Both the position numbers and the translations under genes were made by a program. Under the pieces are notes generated by a model. It had not been told where the DNA came from. It worked only from the letters and a program-made list of their open reading frames with translations, and made no database searches. DNA of 20,000 nucleotides from an uncultured virus (IMG/VR IMGVR_UViG_3300036719_002413) (lineage: Duplodnaviria; Heunggongvirae; Uroviricota; Caudoviricetes), in IMG/VR virus record IMGVR_UViG_3300036719_002413. One strand, 5' to 3'. Below are positions 1 through 9,801 of this stretch, in pieces. Within the stretch, counting starts at the first letter, position 1; every line of letters starts with the position of its first letter.

Positions 1-860
1 TTTGTATTTTTCTCATTATTAGCGCTTAATAATTTTTGTTCTTCTAATATAACCCTTTTTAAGGTATCTAAAATTGTACTTTCTAAAGGACAAGCATCGA
101 AGTTTCTATAAGCAATATTTCTTAAACTATCTATCATAGTATTATGTGTAGTAAATACTTCTCTTAAAGTATTTGTAGGTGATATTCTATCAAGAAATTG
201 TCTTTTTATATAATAAATAGTACCAAACATATTCTTTATCTTCTCCTCTAAATCATCTAACCCAATATAGAAATTTGTAGTAAGGTTATCTATATAGTTT
301 CCCTTCAAACAATATTCATGGTATCCAGATGATAGAATCTCTTTACTATTAGATATATTTTTAATATAATCTAGCAACACATTTAAATAACCTTTATCAC
401 CTATCCTATGATAATGCATCCACTTATTAAAAAAGTCTCTATTATAAACTTCTGAATTTTCTATTGAAAATTTAACAGTTATTGGTTGAAACATACCATA
501 TATAATGTTTTTTATTTCTACCTCTCTAGGTATTAATTCTTTTATACGATTTAGTAAATGAAATTGACTCGTTATATATGGTGATTCTTTATCTGATATT
601 GAGAATAAAGCATCATCACGTAATAGTATAGGGAGTTTAGCTGCTGTAGCGTCTTCTAATACAGAATTAGATTCTATTAAAAGATTTATATCTCCCGCCA
701 TAGAGTGTACAAATCCTGTACATTCTATATAATAAGCTTCTCCAAATTTATATACCTTAATATATTTAATAGGTATATTAGGATATTTTTTCTCTAAAGC
801 TTTTAATTCTTCTTGAGTTGGTTCTATTCTATTTATGTATGAATCTAATTCTATACTCAT
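1..860 (-). CDS. Hypothetical protein, 3' end beyond the window edge (not in ORF track)
   Basis: ATG at 860 just after the polymerase stop. Hand translation MSIELDSYINRIEPTQEELKALEKKYPNIPIKYIKVYKFGEAYYIECTGFVHSMAG... stays open for the >160 codons checked. Probably absent from the track because it runs off the window. Confidence 0.8.
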   Translation of the reverse strand, partial: MSIELDSYINRIEPTQEELKALEKKYPNIPIKYIKVYKFGEAYYIECTGFVHSMAGDINLLIESNSVLEDATAAKLPILLRDDALFSISDKESPYITSQFHLLNRIKELIPREVEIKNIIYGMFQPITVKFSIENSEVYNRDFFNKWMHYHRIGDKGYLNVLLDYIKNISNSKEILSSGYHEYCLKGNYIDNLTTNFYIGLDDLEEKIKNMFGTIYYIKRQFLDRISPTNTLREVFTTHNTMIDSLRNIAYRNFDACPLESTILDTLKRVILEEQKLLSANNEKNT

Positions 861-871
861 AAGTGTTTAAG

Positions 872-2776
872 TTATTTGGTCCAATTTCTGGTGATCGTAG
901 GATCTACATCCATTTTTACGTTTTTAACATATTTATTTCCTACCTCAATCATTAAAGTAGACATTTCTTTACAGAATATTTCAGCTAGATCTTCTCTAAC
1001 TTCAACATCAACCGCATCATGAACAGTACATATTAAATATGCTACCTCTTCATTATACTTGTTATTATATTCCTTTACTAAGTTTCTAACTTCTACTAAA
1101 GCTTCTTTACATATATCTGCGCCACTACCCTGAATTGGCATGTTCATACCATTACGTAGTATCTGACCTTTAATCTTACCCATCTCTTTCCACTCTTCTT
1201 TATCAAGAGTTTGTTTAGACTTTAATTCTAGATAAGTTTTAATCTCAGGGTACCATCTCCTACGCAATGCTGGGGCAAATGTTAGTGAATAACCATTAGT
1301 TAAAGCAAAATTAGCTTGTGAATCAAGCCATTTATTAAGTTTAGGGAATGATTCAGCATATACTCTAAATAGATCCTCAGCTTCCTGAATTGATATACTT
1401 AATGTATCTGCTAGTTTAAATGGTCCCATACCATACGGTTTACCAAAGTTAATAGTCTTAGCTTTATTTCTAAGATCTTTATCAGCCTTGGTTATGGGCC
1501 TTTTAAACATTATTGATCCAGCATAACAGTGTAAATCCTCACCCCTATTGATACAATCAATAAAAGCATCTTCATTACTACCATCAGCCATTAATCTTAA
1601 TTCTTGAGAAGAATAATCTACTGATACCCACATAAATCCAGGTCTAGCTTTAAAGCAATTCCTATATCTATTAGATGCTGGTATATTCTGTAGATTAGGA
1701 GCATTCATCTCATCATTCCCAGATGAAATACGTCCTGTATTAAGTACCTGCCAAAAATCTGTATGTACACGATTAGTATACTTATTAATATTATTAAGAA
1801 AGAGCCTACCATATCTCTCCACAGCAGTCTTAACCTCACGGTATTCTTGTAGCTTAGGGATAAATAAGTGACTCTTTTGAAGCTTCGATAAGCTCCTATC
1901 ACTAGTATCTTCAAAGGTTAAGTTTAATAGGTTAAGTACTTTAGTTATTTGAAGTGGAGAGCCATAATTTATTTTAGTCTTTCTAAGATTAGTCTCAAAT
2001 AAATCAAGCTGTTCATTACGAACTATTTTGTTCTTAAGATTAGGATCATTAAGTAGTATATCATCTAGCTCTATTTCGATATGTATAAGTTTACCCTCAT
2101 TTTCTTCAGCTATTTCTAACCAATCTTTACTATCTAAGTACATACCATTGTACTCTATATCAGCTAGAGCTTTAACTACACTATTCTCTAAAGCTACTAC
2201 ATAGTTTAAAGAATACTTATTAATGAAATCCTCTTGTTTTGCTTTTATCTCGTGGAGATATGTTACATCTCGTGCGGCATATAATATTTGATTTAACGTA
2301 AAAGGATTACTCTTAGTAAGAAAGAATTCTCCTCTTATCGTCTTATCTAATGTTACATTACAGTAACGAGTAGTTAATGCACTAAGACCATATCCCCACT
2401 TAGGATAACCACAATATATTACACATTCAGCTAGCATAGTATCGTATATATTTTCTATATTGATACCAGCAGCTTTAAAGAATTTATAATCAAATTTACT
2501 ATTATGTAAGATAAGCTTATTTTTCTCAAGTATATCTTTAAATAATAGGATATTATAATGCCTACAATCAATTACAAATTGATTTTCAGCATCTCCTAAT
2601 TGTAAGGTTAGTATCTTTTTATAATGATAATCCTTACCTTCAGTTTCAGTATCTACACCAATATAATCTTTATAATCTTTAAAATATTCAAGAATATCTT
2701 CTAGAGTACATTCTTCTATTAATGGTGTAGTATTAGAATCTGGAATTTTAGTTTGTTTTGATAAAAAGTAGATCAT
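872..2776 (-). CDS. polA: Phage family A DNA polymerase (3'-5' exonuclease plus polymerase, no 5'-3' exonuclease domain)
   Basis: ExoI VDTET, ExoII HNSKFD, ExoIII YAARD; TGRISS, PNLQNIP; motif A DYSSQELR; motif B RNKAKTINFGKPYG; NMPIQGSGAD; motif C VHDA. Confidence 0.96.
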   Translation of the reverse strand: MIYFLSKQTKIPDSNTTPLIEECTLEDILEYFKDYKDYIGVDTETEGKDYHYKKILTLQLGDAENQFVIDCRHYNILLFKDILEKNKLILHNSKFDYKFFKAAGINIENIYDTMLAECVIYCGYPKWGYGLSALTTRYCNVTLDKTIRGEFFLTKSNPFTLNQILYAARDVTYLHEIKAKQEDFINKYSLNYVVALENSVVKALADIEYNGMYLDSKDWLEIAEENEGKLIHIEIELDDILLNDPNLKNKIVRNEQLDLFETNLRKTKINYGSPLQITKVLNLLNLTFEDTSDRSLSKLQKSHLFIPKLQEYREVKTAVERYGRLFLNNINKYTNRVHTDFWQVLNTGRISSGNDEMNAPNLQNIPASNRYRNCFKARPGFMWVSVDYSSQELRLMADGSNEDAFIDCINRGEDLHCYAGSIMFKRPITKADKDLRNKAKTINFGKPYGMGPFKLADTLSISIQEAEDLFRVYAESFPKLNKWLDSQANFALTNGYSLTFAPALRRRWYPEIKTYLELKSKQTLDKEEWKEMGKIKGQILRNGMNMPIQGSGADICKEALVEVRNLVKEYNNKYNEEVAYLICTVHDAVDVEVREDLAEIFCKEMSTLMIEVGNKYVKNVKMDVDPTITRNWTK

Positions 2777-2812
2777 TGAAAAGGGTTTTTATAAAAAATA
2801 CTGTAAATATTA

Positions 2813-3211
2813 TTACAGCGCTATTACCATTTTAGGAGTATTACTATGGTTAGTAGCTCCTATTTTATTAAAGATATTTTCCCAGCTTGGGGACGTAGCA
2901 AAGAATTGTTTCCATAAGAATCTACGTTCTTCTTTAGTGAATACCTTCTTCACATTTAAGTCAAACATAAGCTTTTTGAAAGCCCTATATCTTCCTAACC
3001 TCTTATTGAAAGTATCTTTATGAAATAGTCTACCTGATGTAGCACTATAATGAGTTTCCTTACCAGTAATTTTATCTACGACATGAGTTGTAACAACTGT
3101 AGTACGAATTTTAAAAGGTTCGAATTGGTTAGTTTTCTTATTAAATTCACCGTTTAGGTGTTTAAAGTTAATTCTTACAGATGTATTTCCGTTATTGAGC
3201 AAGATATTCAT
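2813..3211 (-). CDS. Hypothetical phage protein
   Basis: 132-aa ORF tightly packed in the operon. The HKDTFNKRLGRYRAF segment resembles a small phage protein motif, but no function is assignable. Confidence 0.75.
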   Translation of the reverse strand: MNILLNNGNTSVRINFKHLNGEFNKKTNQFEPFKIRTTVVTTHVVDKITGKETHYSATSGRLFHKDTFNKRLGRYRAFKKLMFDLNVKKVFTKEERRFLWKQFFATSPSWENIFNKIGATNHSNTPKMVIAL

Positions 3212-4232
3212 TAGCTTTTGATTTAATTTTGTTAAATAATGCTTGGGTAGGTTTTGATTCAGGTAATTTACTTATATTCTGTTTTGCTACTTGAAGATCA
3301 CTAATAGTATTTTCAATTTGGCTATAAGGATATTGTTCTTTTAAAGCAACCCCATCGATTACAATGTTATTAACTTTTTCAATAATAATATCTTCTATTT
3401 TTGGTTTTTTATACTGACTTGTAGAAAATTTATTAAAACTATTTAATATCGTATCTAAGAAGTCTTTATTTTCACTTTGTTGTAGCTTATTTATAATATC
3501 GTGAGTATTAAAGAAATACTTACGCAAATTATTACCAGTATTAGAATTAGTATAATCAACAGTTAGGAAAGTTAACTTGTTTAATATGTAAGAATCTTTG
3601 ATAAAATTATAGCCATCATTATTAAGAACTATAGTTAAATCAATAATATTAGCAGCACTCCCCATTTTATTTACTATACCTCTAGATAATAGGAAAGAAA
3701 TTACTGTAAGTTCTTTAAATAAAGGACCATTATTAATTTCACTTCCTCTAGTATTCAATCTCATCTTATTAAATTTTGGATTTAAATCAAATAACATTGA
3801 AGTTAAAATATCATTAGACATAACGTCAAGACTTATATACTCAAATGTACCAAGACTATTCTCACCACAAGATATTGGAGAGTAGTTAAATTTAGTAAAA
3901 GTCTCTAAATTACTTAATAATGAAGTTGTTAAATCTCTATAAGCTTTATGATAATTAGAGGCAGCCCTATCACTATCTACAAAATATAAATTGTATAAGT
4001 GGTTTAATAAAGTTATTCCTGTTAGAGTAGCCTTTTTATCTACTGCTAAATAATTTATATCGTAAAGATTATTTTTATCGATTAAATTGTATTTTACGAC
4101 ATAATGAAAGTTTAACATCACTTTAGTTAGATTTATAGCTAACTTATAAAACTGACTATTTAAAGTACCCCTCTCACTATCCTTATTATAAATAAATTCA
4201 GCTTTTAATACTTTATCATACATAACTTTCAA
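3192..4232 (-). CDS. Hypothetical protein
   Basis: 346-aa ORF overlapping both neighbours; no motif recognised. Confidence 0.8.
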   Translation of the reverse strand: MKVMYDKVLKAEFIYNKDSERGTLNSQFYKLAINLTKVMLNFHYVVKYNLIDKNNLYDINYLAVDKKATLTGITLLNHLYNLYFVDSDRAASNYHKAYRDLTTSLLSNLETFTKFNYSPISCGENSLGTFEYISLDVMSNDILTSMLFDLNPKFNKMRLNTRGSEINNGPLFKELTVISFLLSRGIVNKMGSAANIIDLTIVLNNDGYNFIKDSYILNKLTFLTVDYTNSNTGNNLRKYFFNTHDIINKLQQSENKDFLDTILNSFNKFSTSQYKKPKIEDIIIEKVNNIVIDGVALKEQYPYSQIENTISDLQVAKQNISKLPESKPTQALFNKIKSKANEYLAQ

Positions 4233-4416
4233 CTTTAATTAATTTACCTTTAGGTATTTTGTTTTTATTTTCAAAATACTTTACATAGTAGTCTCTATGT
4301 ATAGCATACATTTGATCTTCATACTCATTAAAATGAAATACATACTCGTATAAGTTATGTATTATTTTATTAGGTATGTTTATTTTTAGTTTAGTTTTTG
4401 GTTGTATCGTGCTCAT
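4216..4416 (-). CDS. Small hypothetical protein
   Basis: 66-aa ORF filling the gap between neighbours with short overlaps. Confidence 0.65.
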   Translation of the reverse strand: MSTIQPKTKLKINIPNKIIHNLYEYVFHFNEYEDQMYAIHRDYYVKYFENKNKIPKGKLIKVESYV

Positions 4417-4960
4417 CTAAATCTAATATAAATATTGTTTGGTTATAACCTTTACCATGTTGTTTATTATTATAAGTTTTTAGAGTTGGTGTTTTAAGAT
4501 ATTCTTGAGCTATTTTTCTATAAATATCGTAAGTATCACCTAAAGTAAACATAAATGCAGAACATAACATACCCTTTAAACTTAAGTATTTAGATAGATT
4601 ATCTAAAAAGTCTTTTACTATAACTTTTCTACCATCCTCTGTACCACACTTATGTATTGCGTTAAGTAATGGTGTAATATTATACAACTGCATTAATCCA
4701 CAACCTGTAGCACATCCTACAATAGATACTTTAATATTATTAGATAGAGTTATAGTGTGATTACCATACCAATTTCTAGTAGTTTCAATTTCCTGTTCCT
4801 TAGTTAATTCTCTAAAATTATCTACTGGTAATTCTACCTTTTTTACTACAGGTTTAGGTGCAGGAGCAGGTGCAGGAGTTGGTAATTTAACTTGAGTGGT
4901 TTTAGTAGTTAATACTTTTTTAACACCACCTATTATTCCTTTTTTTCCGATTATAGCCAT
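4391..4960 (-). CDS. Hypothetical protein with basic N-terminus and Pro/Ala linker
   Basis: 189-aa ORF with PTPAPAPAPKP linker and CATGCG motif. Confidence 0.8.
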   Translation of the reverse strand: MAIIGKKGIIGGVKKVLTTKTTQVKLPTPAPAPAPKPVVKKVELPVDNFRELTKEQEIETTRNWYGNHTITLSNNIKVSIVGCATGCGLMQLYNITPLLNAIHKCGTEDGRKVIVKDFLDNLSKYLSLKGMLCSAFMFTLGDTYDIYRKIAQEYLKTPTLKTYNNKQHGKGYNQTIFILDLDEHDTTKN

Positions 4961-4963
4961 AAT

Positions 4964-5749
4964 TTAAAATACGCTTTGAAATCCTAATGAATGATATTGG
5001 GATGGATTACTTTTATATTGTTCGTAATCTTGATGTTCCATATAAATGAATGGTTGTACGGATACAATACTTAATTCTATAAATTTGATTAGTTTTAATA
5101 TTTTTACCATCAAACCTATATCAGTATTATGATTTTTAGACTCTTCCATACAAAAATCTTTTATATTGGTATTATCATTGTACTGCATACCAAGTCTTAA
5201 TAACCCAGAAGCTAATGAAATTAATACACCACTTTTACCCCAATAACTAGATAGTTTAACTATGTAATATTCTGATTTATCATCAGAACATTTAGCTGAG
5301 TAAATTGTACTTAATTCTAAATCACCTAAACGTTCAATCTCATTTAAAGGTTTTATTACAGTTTGTAAGTTTTCTCTTAAAAACTTTAAGTCTTGAGTAC
5401 GATTACGTCTGAGTTTATTGTTGTAAATTAAGTTATATTCACTATAAGGACTATCCTTCGTATACAAGCAGGTTAATCCCATATAAATATAATCTTCCTC
5501 TAAGATACCAGTTTTAGGTAATGTTTTAAGACCACAGGCATTCATAGTTACACCTGTATTTTCAGTGTAAATAACATCATTTAGATAATCTTTACAGCAA
5601 GAAAATGGGCTAATAGTTTCAAACGTATTATCATCAATTTTCTTTAGTAGGGCATAAGCTAATCCTGTACTTCTACCCTCATGTAGAGGATTTCTACTAC
5701 AAGTTATATTAATCTTTGGTAAGTCTTTTGATAAGTCTTCTTTACTCAT
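4964..5749 (-). CDS. Hypothetical phage protein
   Basis: 261-aa ORF containing SCCKDYLNDVIY; start overlaps the upstream stop (ATGA). Confidence 0.8.
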   Translation of the reverse strand: MSKEDLSKDLPKINITCSRNPLHEGRSTGLAYALLKKIDDNTFETISPFSCCKDYLNDVIYTENTGVTMNACGLKTLPKTGILEEDYIYMGLTCLYTKDSPYSEYNLIYNNKLRRNRTQDLKFLRENLQTVIKPLNEIERLGDLELSTIYSAKCSDDKSEYYIVKLSSYWGKSGVLISLASGLLRLGMQYNDNTNIKDFCMEESKNHNTDIGLMVKILKLIKFIELSIVSVQPFIYMEHQDYEQYKSNPSQYHSLGFQSVF

Positions 5750-6048
5750 ATTTGTTCAAATCTTTTTGTTTTAGACCACTCTGCAAATTTAGATAACTTT
5801 TCATAAACCCTATGATTTATTAAAGTACTATCATACTTTTTACATAGTATATTTAATCTAATAATAGCATCACCAATCTCATCAATAATTTCTTGATCTT
5901 TGACCTTATTAGGCTTTAAGTGCTTCTGCATTAAAGCTAATGATAGTTCTTGAAACTCCTCAGCAGCTTTAAGGTTATTATACTCTGGCGACTGCCTTTT
6001 TAGTAAATCTTCTATTATTTCTTCTTGTTGTAAATCTATTTTTACCAT
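5746..6048 (-). CDS. MazG-like nucleotide pyrophosphohydrolase
   Basis: 100 aa, helical, with KAAEEFQEL...IIDEIGDAII matching the EExxE...ExxD metal-binding pattern. Confidence 0.75.
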   Translation of the reverse strand: MVKIDLQQEEIIEDLLKRQSPEYNNLKAAEEFQELSLALMQKHLKPNKVKDQEIIDEIGDAIIRLNILCKKYDSTLINHRVYEKLSKFAEWSKTKRFEQI

Positions 6049-6064
6049 AGTTTTGTTTTAATTG

Positions 6065-6138
6065 TGGGCCTTCTTGGGATTGAACCAAGGACCTAATGAT
6101 TATGAGTCATTTGCTCTGACCAACTGAGCTAAAGGCCC
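6065..6138 (-). tRNA. tRNA with CAU anticodon, probably Ile2 (lysidine-modified); elongator Met not excluded
   Basis: GGGCCTT/AAGGCCC acceptor, GCTC/GAGC D arm, AATGA-CTCATAA-TCATT anticodon arm, CTTGG-TTCAATC-CCAAG T arm. C4-G69 and C5-G68 are typical of TilS substrates. CCA not encoded. Confidence 0.92.
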
Positions 6139-6183
6139 TTAAGGGGATATTTCTATCCCCCTAGAACTTGATTCCTTTTACTA

Positions 6184-6669
6184 TCAATGGTGATAGCTAT
6201 GTGGTATGTGTGATCGGCTAGTCCTAATAGGAGTTGTTGTTGGTCTAACAGTATTCCTACTAGTAACAGCATTGGATTTTGGTTGATAACTATTTGAGAC
6301 TGTTACAGATTTAAGTAATCTATACTGTCCGTTTATTTTACCATTATAAGCTACATTATTTGGTCTATCGTATATTTTTGTATAAGTTACATCAGAATGA
6401 TTTTGGCTATACTTAATAACTGCAGAACTTCCACCACTATTGTACAAATTACGCATCAATTGCTGATTCATAATAATGATATACATTGATGATGTTTCCA
6501 TATTCTCATTTGGTACAGTGTATACACCACATAAGAGTGTATCTTCATTCTTAGTGTCATACACCAAGTAATGATCGTCTTGAGACGCTGGAGATGGTGT
6601 ACATGATTGAGTTAATGTTGCTGTAAGCATTACTAATGACATTAGAAGCAATTTTGTGAATCGTTTCAT
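6184..6669 (-). CDS. Putative lipoprotein
   Basis: MKRFTK, hydrophobic stretch, then TQSC lipobox-like signal; low-complexity C-terminus. Confidence 0.7.
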   Translation of the reverse strand: MKRFTKLLLMSLVMLTATLTQSCTPSPASQDDHYLVYDTKNEDTLLCGVYTVPNENMETSSMYIIIMNQQLMRNLYNSGGSSAVIKYSQNHSDVTYTKIYDRPNNVAYNGKINGQYRLLKSVTVSNSYQPKSNAVTSRNTVRPTTTPIRTSRSHIPHSYHH

Positions 6670-6688
6670 TTTGTTTGTTTTTAATTAG

Positions 6689-7138
6689 TTAAATTGGGAT
6701 GAATAAGAACATCCAGAAATCTTCTACCTTTTTACAGTAGATTTGATAGTCTGGAAAGACATAGATTTCATAATCTTTGTCTAATACTTTAGATACGAGA
6801 TCGTACCTATTTTTAATTTTGTTTAGGAAGATATTATATATCTCTTTATCCTTACACCATAAGGAATAGTTTTTTACATTGTTGTAATACATTTCCCACA
6901 ATCTTACTGTGCCTAATGTATCAATGTAAAAGTAAGTAATACCTGAAATAATTTCTTTTTCTAATATTTCAGGTTGGGTTATAGTCACTAAATCTTTATG
7001 ATCGCAACCTAAGCAAGGTTGTGCATTACAAGAGCTAGTAAGTGCTATTAATAACCACATTATAAAGATTATAATTAGCAGTGAATACCAATTATCATCT
7101 GGGGTTTTTTGAATGGTAGCCATGTTGATTAGGGCCAA
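6689..7138 (-). CDS. Membrane-anchored or lipoprotein-like hypothetical protein
   Basis: Hydrophobic LLIIIFIMWLLIALTSSC segment; start uncertain. Confidence 0.65.
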   Translation of the reverse strand: MALINMATIQKTPDDNWYSLLIIIFIMWLLIALTSSCNAQPCLGCDHKDLVTITQPEILEKEIISGITYFYIDTLGTVRLWEMYYNNVKNYSLWCKDKEIYNIFLNKIKNRYDLVSKVLDKDYEIYVFPDYQIYCKKVEDFWMFLFIPI

Positions 7139-7154
7139 ACTACAATAATTTTCA

Positions 7155-7571
7155 TTATTCAGCTTGTTCGTTAGTGATTGATTCAGTTATTTTATGTGCT
7201 CTGTATAGATAAGTAGCTTGTCTTAAGATATTTAAAGCCTCTGTTAATCCAGCTCTATCATCTATATAAACATTACAATAGATTTTCCTATTATCACCAA
7301 ATGGTATAATAATATTCTCATTGATAGCAGTTATTTTTATACCAATTTTATCACAATAAGATTTAATAAAGTCATATCTATCAGGAGCAGATCCTGTATA
7401 GATAATAACACGAGCTCCAGTACTAACAGCTAATTTTACAGTAGCTATAACTTCTTCATGATCTGTTATATCTTCTCTATAAGGGAAGATAGTATCATCA
7501 AAGTCTAGTCCTATAATAATATTACCATGTTCCTTCCACTCATTAAATAGCCTTTCAATGTATTTTTTCAT
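7155..7571 (-). CDS. Cap-less HAD-superfamily phosphatase
   Basis: Motif I GLDFDDTI, motif II IIYTG, Lys in RKI, motif IV YIDDRA. Confidence 0.85.
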   Translation of the reverse strand: MKKYIERLFNEWKEHGNIIIGLDFDDTIFPYREDITDHEEVIATVKLAVSTGARVIIYTGSAPDRYDFIKSYCDKIGIKITAINENIIIPFGDNRKIYCNVYIDDRAGLTEALNILRQATYLYRAHKITESITNEQAE

Positions 7572-7575
7572 GATA

Positions 7576-9351
7576 CTAAATTTTTAATAATCTATCCCTA
7601 ACTTCCTTAAAGGTAGTTTGGTTATAGAATTTACCATTCTCATAGATTACTTGGAGTAAGCCTACTTCTTCTTGTTTAGGAGTACATTCTGTAAAAACTT
7701 TTATATCAGCATATTGATAATCTCCAGCCGAAGAAACATCTTGTACTTGTAATAACCCCTTCAAAGATTTCTTAGTACCATCATCAGTTACTGGATCTTT
7801 GTAGATGTTGTATGATTTTTTAACATTGTGAATATTTCCATCATCATCTGTCCAAGAATCTCCATTTTTAACTTCAAACCAAGCTCCTTTAGCAGCAAAT
7901 CCTAATGTATCTCTAGTAATGTATTGGTAAGTAAATGATCCTACACCTAATACAATGTTAGTAGAAGCAAAGCCTTTAGCAGCTAATCTCTCATATATTT
8001 GTCGTTGTCTATCAGGTGTAATACTATCACCATAGATTGCTCCAATATGAGGGTCTAATACTTTATAGCCCTGCTCATTAACAGTACCACCAAATATATC
8101 CCAAAGAAGTTCAATTACGCCTTTATCAGAAGGTTTCCAATCTAATTCTTCAACAGTAATTTTAGCTTCTTCATACATTTCTATAAAATAGTATTGTTTA
8201 TCATATCTATTCCATTGAATATTATGTATAGTAGCTTTATATAGCTTACCTCTTACTAAATAAATTTGTGTATATTCTGTTACTCCATATTCTCCGTGAG
8301 GTGTATTTTCTTTTACTTCTTCTAATAATGAATCTTTGAAATATTTAGGTAAAACATCTCCTTCTGGAAACCATTTAGTTAAGTCTTCATATTTAGTAGA
8401 AACACCACAAATAATATCAACAGGATCACCTGAATCAGGTCTAATTACTAATTTACCATCTCTAGCCATAATAGCTTCCTTGTTAGCTGGTAAATATTCA
8501 GTAATAAGTTTCCACAAATCAAATGTATCAGATACAATTGATAATATACCTTTAGGGAATAGTTTAATCCAATCAGCAATCATTTGATTCTCACCAACAG
8601 TAAATATCTTAGTAGTACTTACAGAGTGTTCTGATGCATTTACAGAATTAATAATAACTTCATCGTTAGGTTCATTATAGTAATATCTAGCAGCAGGTAT
8701 AGCTGCTAATGTATCACTACCTCTGAATGATGTAGCATGACCTAATCCTACACTTATCATATCATATGGACCACTCAATCCTCTAGCAGAGAAATCATGA
8801 CACATATAATCTACTAACCATAAGTTTTTAGGATCAGTCTTAGTTACCCACTCTTCAGCTTGTCTTCGATATAACTTAGCAATAGTAGCTGCTGTAGAAG
8901 CTTTCCATGCTAAATTAGATACCATAGTTTCCATATAAAGAGTTAACCAAGCAAATCCATCAACTGTATTAATGAAGGTCATATGAGGAATATTAGGATC
9001 AGTTTCAATACCTTCAGGTAATGCTTTTACTTTTAAAGGTAAGTAACCTAAATGATGAAGTTCTAAAAAATGTCTATCATTATATTCCATTCCAAGATAT
9101 TTATTCATATCCTCTCCAAATTTTAAAGCACCTGATAAATTGAGATTAAAGAAATGTTCTTCAAACACATCATGAATATATTTCCAAGCTAATTGCTGAC
9201 CAAATGATACTATCTTAGTAATACCTTTAGGTGCATGTTTGGTACTTCTTGGAATCCACGTACCATATAATCTAGTAGTTCCAGGAGCTAACATAGCTTT
9301 GTGACCTACTTTATAACCATCTGTTAAATATAATGGGTTAATTGTAAACAT
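7576..9351 (-). CDS. Nicotinamide phosphoribosyltransferase-family enzyme (Nampt/NadV, or NARP1 Namat)
   Basis: TDGYKVGH, HDFSARG, GSDT, ASEHSV, SIVSDTFD, VIRPDSGDP, IYGDSIT, GVGSFTYQ, TRDT, KDPVTDDGTKKS. Confidence 0.93.
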   Translation of the reverse strand: MFTINPLYLTDGYKVGHKAMLAPGTTRLYGTWIPRSTKHAPKGITKIVSFGQQLAWKYIHDVFEEHFFNLNLSGALKFGEDMNKYLGMEYNDRHFLELHHLGYLPLKVKALPEGIETDPNIPHMTFINTVDGFAWLTLYMETMVSNLAWKASTAATIAKLYRRQAEEWVTKTDPKNLWLVDYMCHDFSARGLSGPYDMISVGLGHATSFRGSDTLAAIPAARYYYNEPNDEVIINSVNASEHSVSTTKIFTVGENQMIADWIKLFPKGILSIVSDTFDLWKLITEYLPANKEAIMARDGKLVIRPDSGDPVDIICGVSTKYEDLTKWFPEGDVLPKYFKDSLLEEVKENTPHGEYGVTEYTQIYLVRGKLYKATIHNIQWNRYDKQYYFIEMYEEAKITVEELDWKPSDKGVIELLWDIFGGTVNEQGYKVLDPHIGAIYGDSITPDRQRQIYERLAAKGFASTNIVLGVGSFTYQYITRDTLGFAAKGAWFEVKNGDSWTDDDGNIHNVKKSYNIYKDPVTDDGTKKSLKGLLQVQDVSSAGDYQYADIKVFTECTPKQEEVGLLQVIYENGKFYNQTTFKEVRDRLLKI

Positions 9352-9680
9352 CAGATTAAATTTATTTGTGCGACTAATATAGAACCCTCTTCTTTAAATA
9401 AGAAGTGTTTGTACTTATCATGGAATTTTGATTCTTTAGCATTGAATACACAAACTTTATAACCAGCCTCTTCAAGTTGTTGAATCTCTTTACGTGAAAA
9501 CCAATTAAATAAGTTATCTAATGTATCTGTACAGGATAAGAATCCTCCAGTACACTCATTATTAAAATCCATTTCTAGATCTTTACAAGAAAGTTCAAAT
9601 TTACTAACTTCTTTAGTAAACTCTCCTTTACTATTATACCATAAACCTAAATTGTCTGGGTGATGAACTCTAAAGAACAT
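9351..9680 (-). CDS. Hypothetical phage protein
   Basis: 109-aa ORF (FRV...GLWYNSKGEF...LFNWF); its stop overlaps the Nampt-like start. Confidence 0.75.
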   Translation of the reverse strand: MFFRVHHPDNLGLWYNSKGEFTKEVSKFELSCKDLEMDFNNECTGGFLSCTDTLDNLFNWFSRKEIQQLEEAGYKVCVFNAKESKFHDKYKHFLFKEEGSILVAQINLI

Positions 9681-9684
9681 ATTT

Positions 9685-9798
9685 TTAATTTCTATCTTCT
9701 ACACAACCAAATGCGCAGAAAGGGTTAAGACAAGTACCACCAGTTACTGGACATTTACCAGCAAATGCTTTTTCAATTGTTGTTATTTTTATTTTCAT
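9685..9798 (-). CDS. 37-aa Cys-rich peptide (not in ORF track)
   Basis: MKIKITTIEKAFAGKCPVTGGTCLNPFCAFGCVEDRN fills the gap exactly between neighbours. Confidence 0.6.
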   Translation of the reverse strand: MKIKITTIEKAFAGKCPVTGGTCLNPFCAFGCVEDRN

Positions 9799-9801
9799 TG
9801 T

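Noticed and set aside
1705..1914. 69-aa ORF inside polA
   Set aside because: Alternate-frame shadow ORF within a well-supported gene.
6141..6162. Hairpin AGGGGATA/TATCCCCT as a terminator
   Set aside because: No U-tract on the minus strand and it directly precedes the tRNA; more likely a processing or leader hairpin.
8130..8405. Intein in the Nampt-like protein
   Set aside because: No His-Asn followed by Cys/Ser/Thr at the end of the insert, and no other splicing motifs.
8336..8587. Plus-strand 83-aa ORF
   Set aside because: Antisense to the Nampt-like gene, with no supporting signals.
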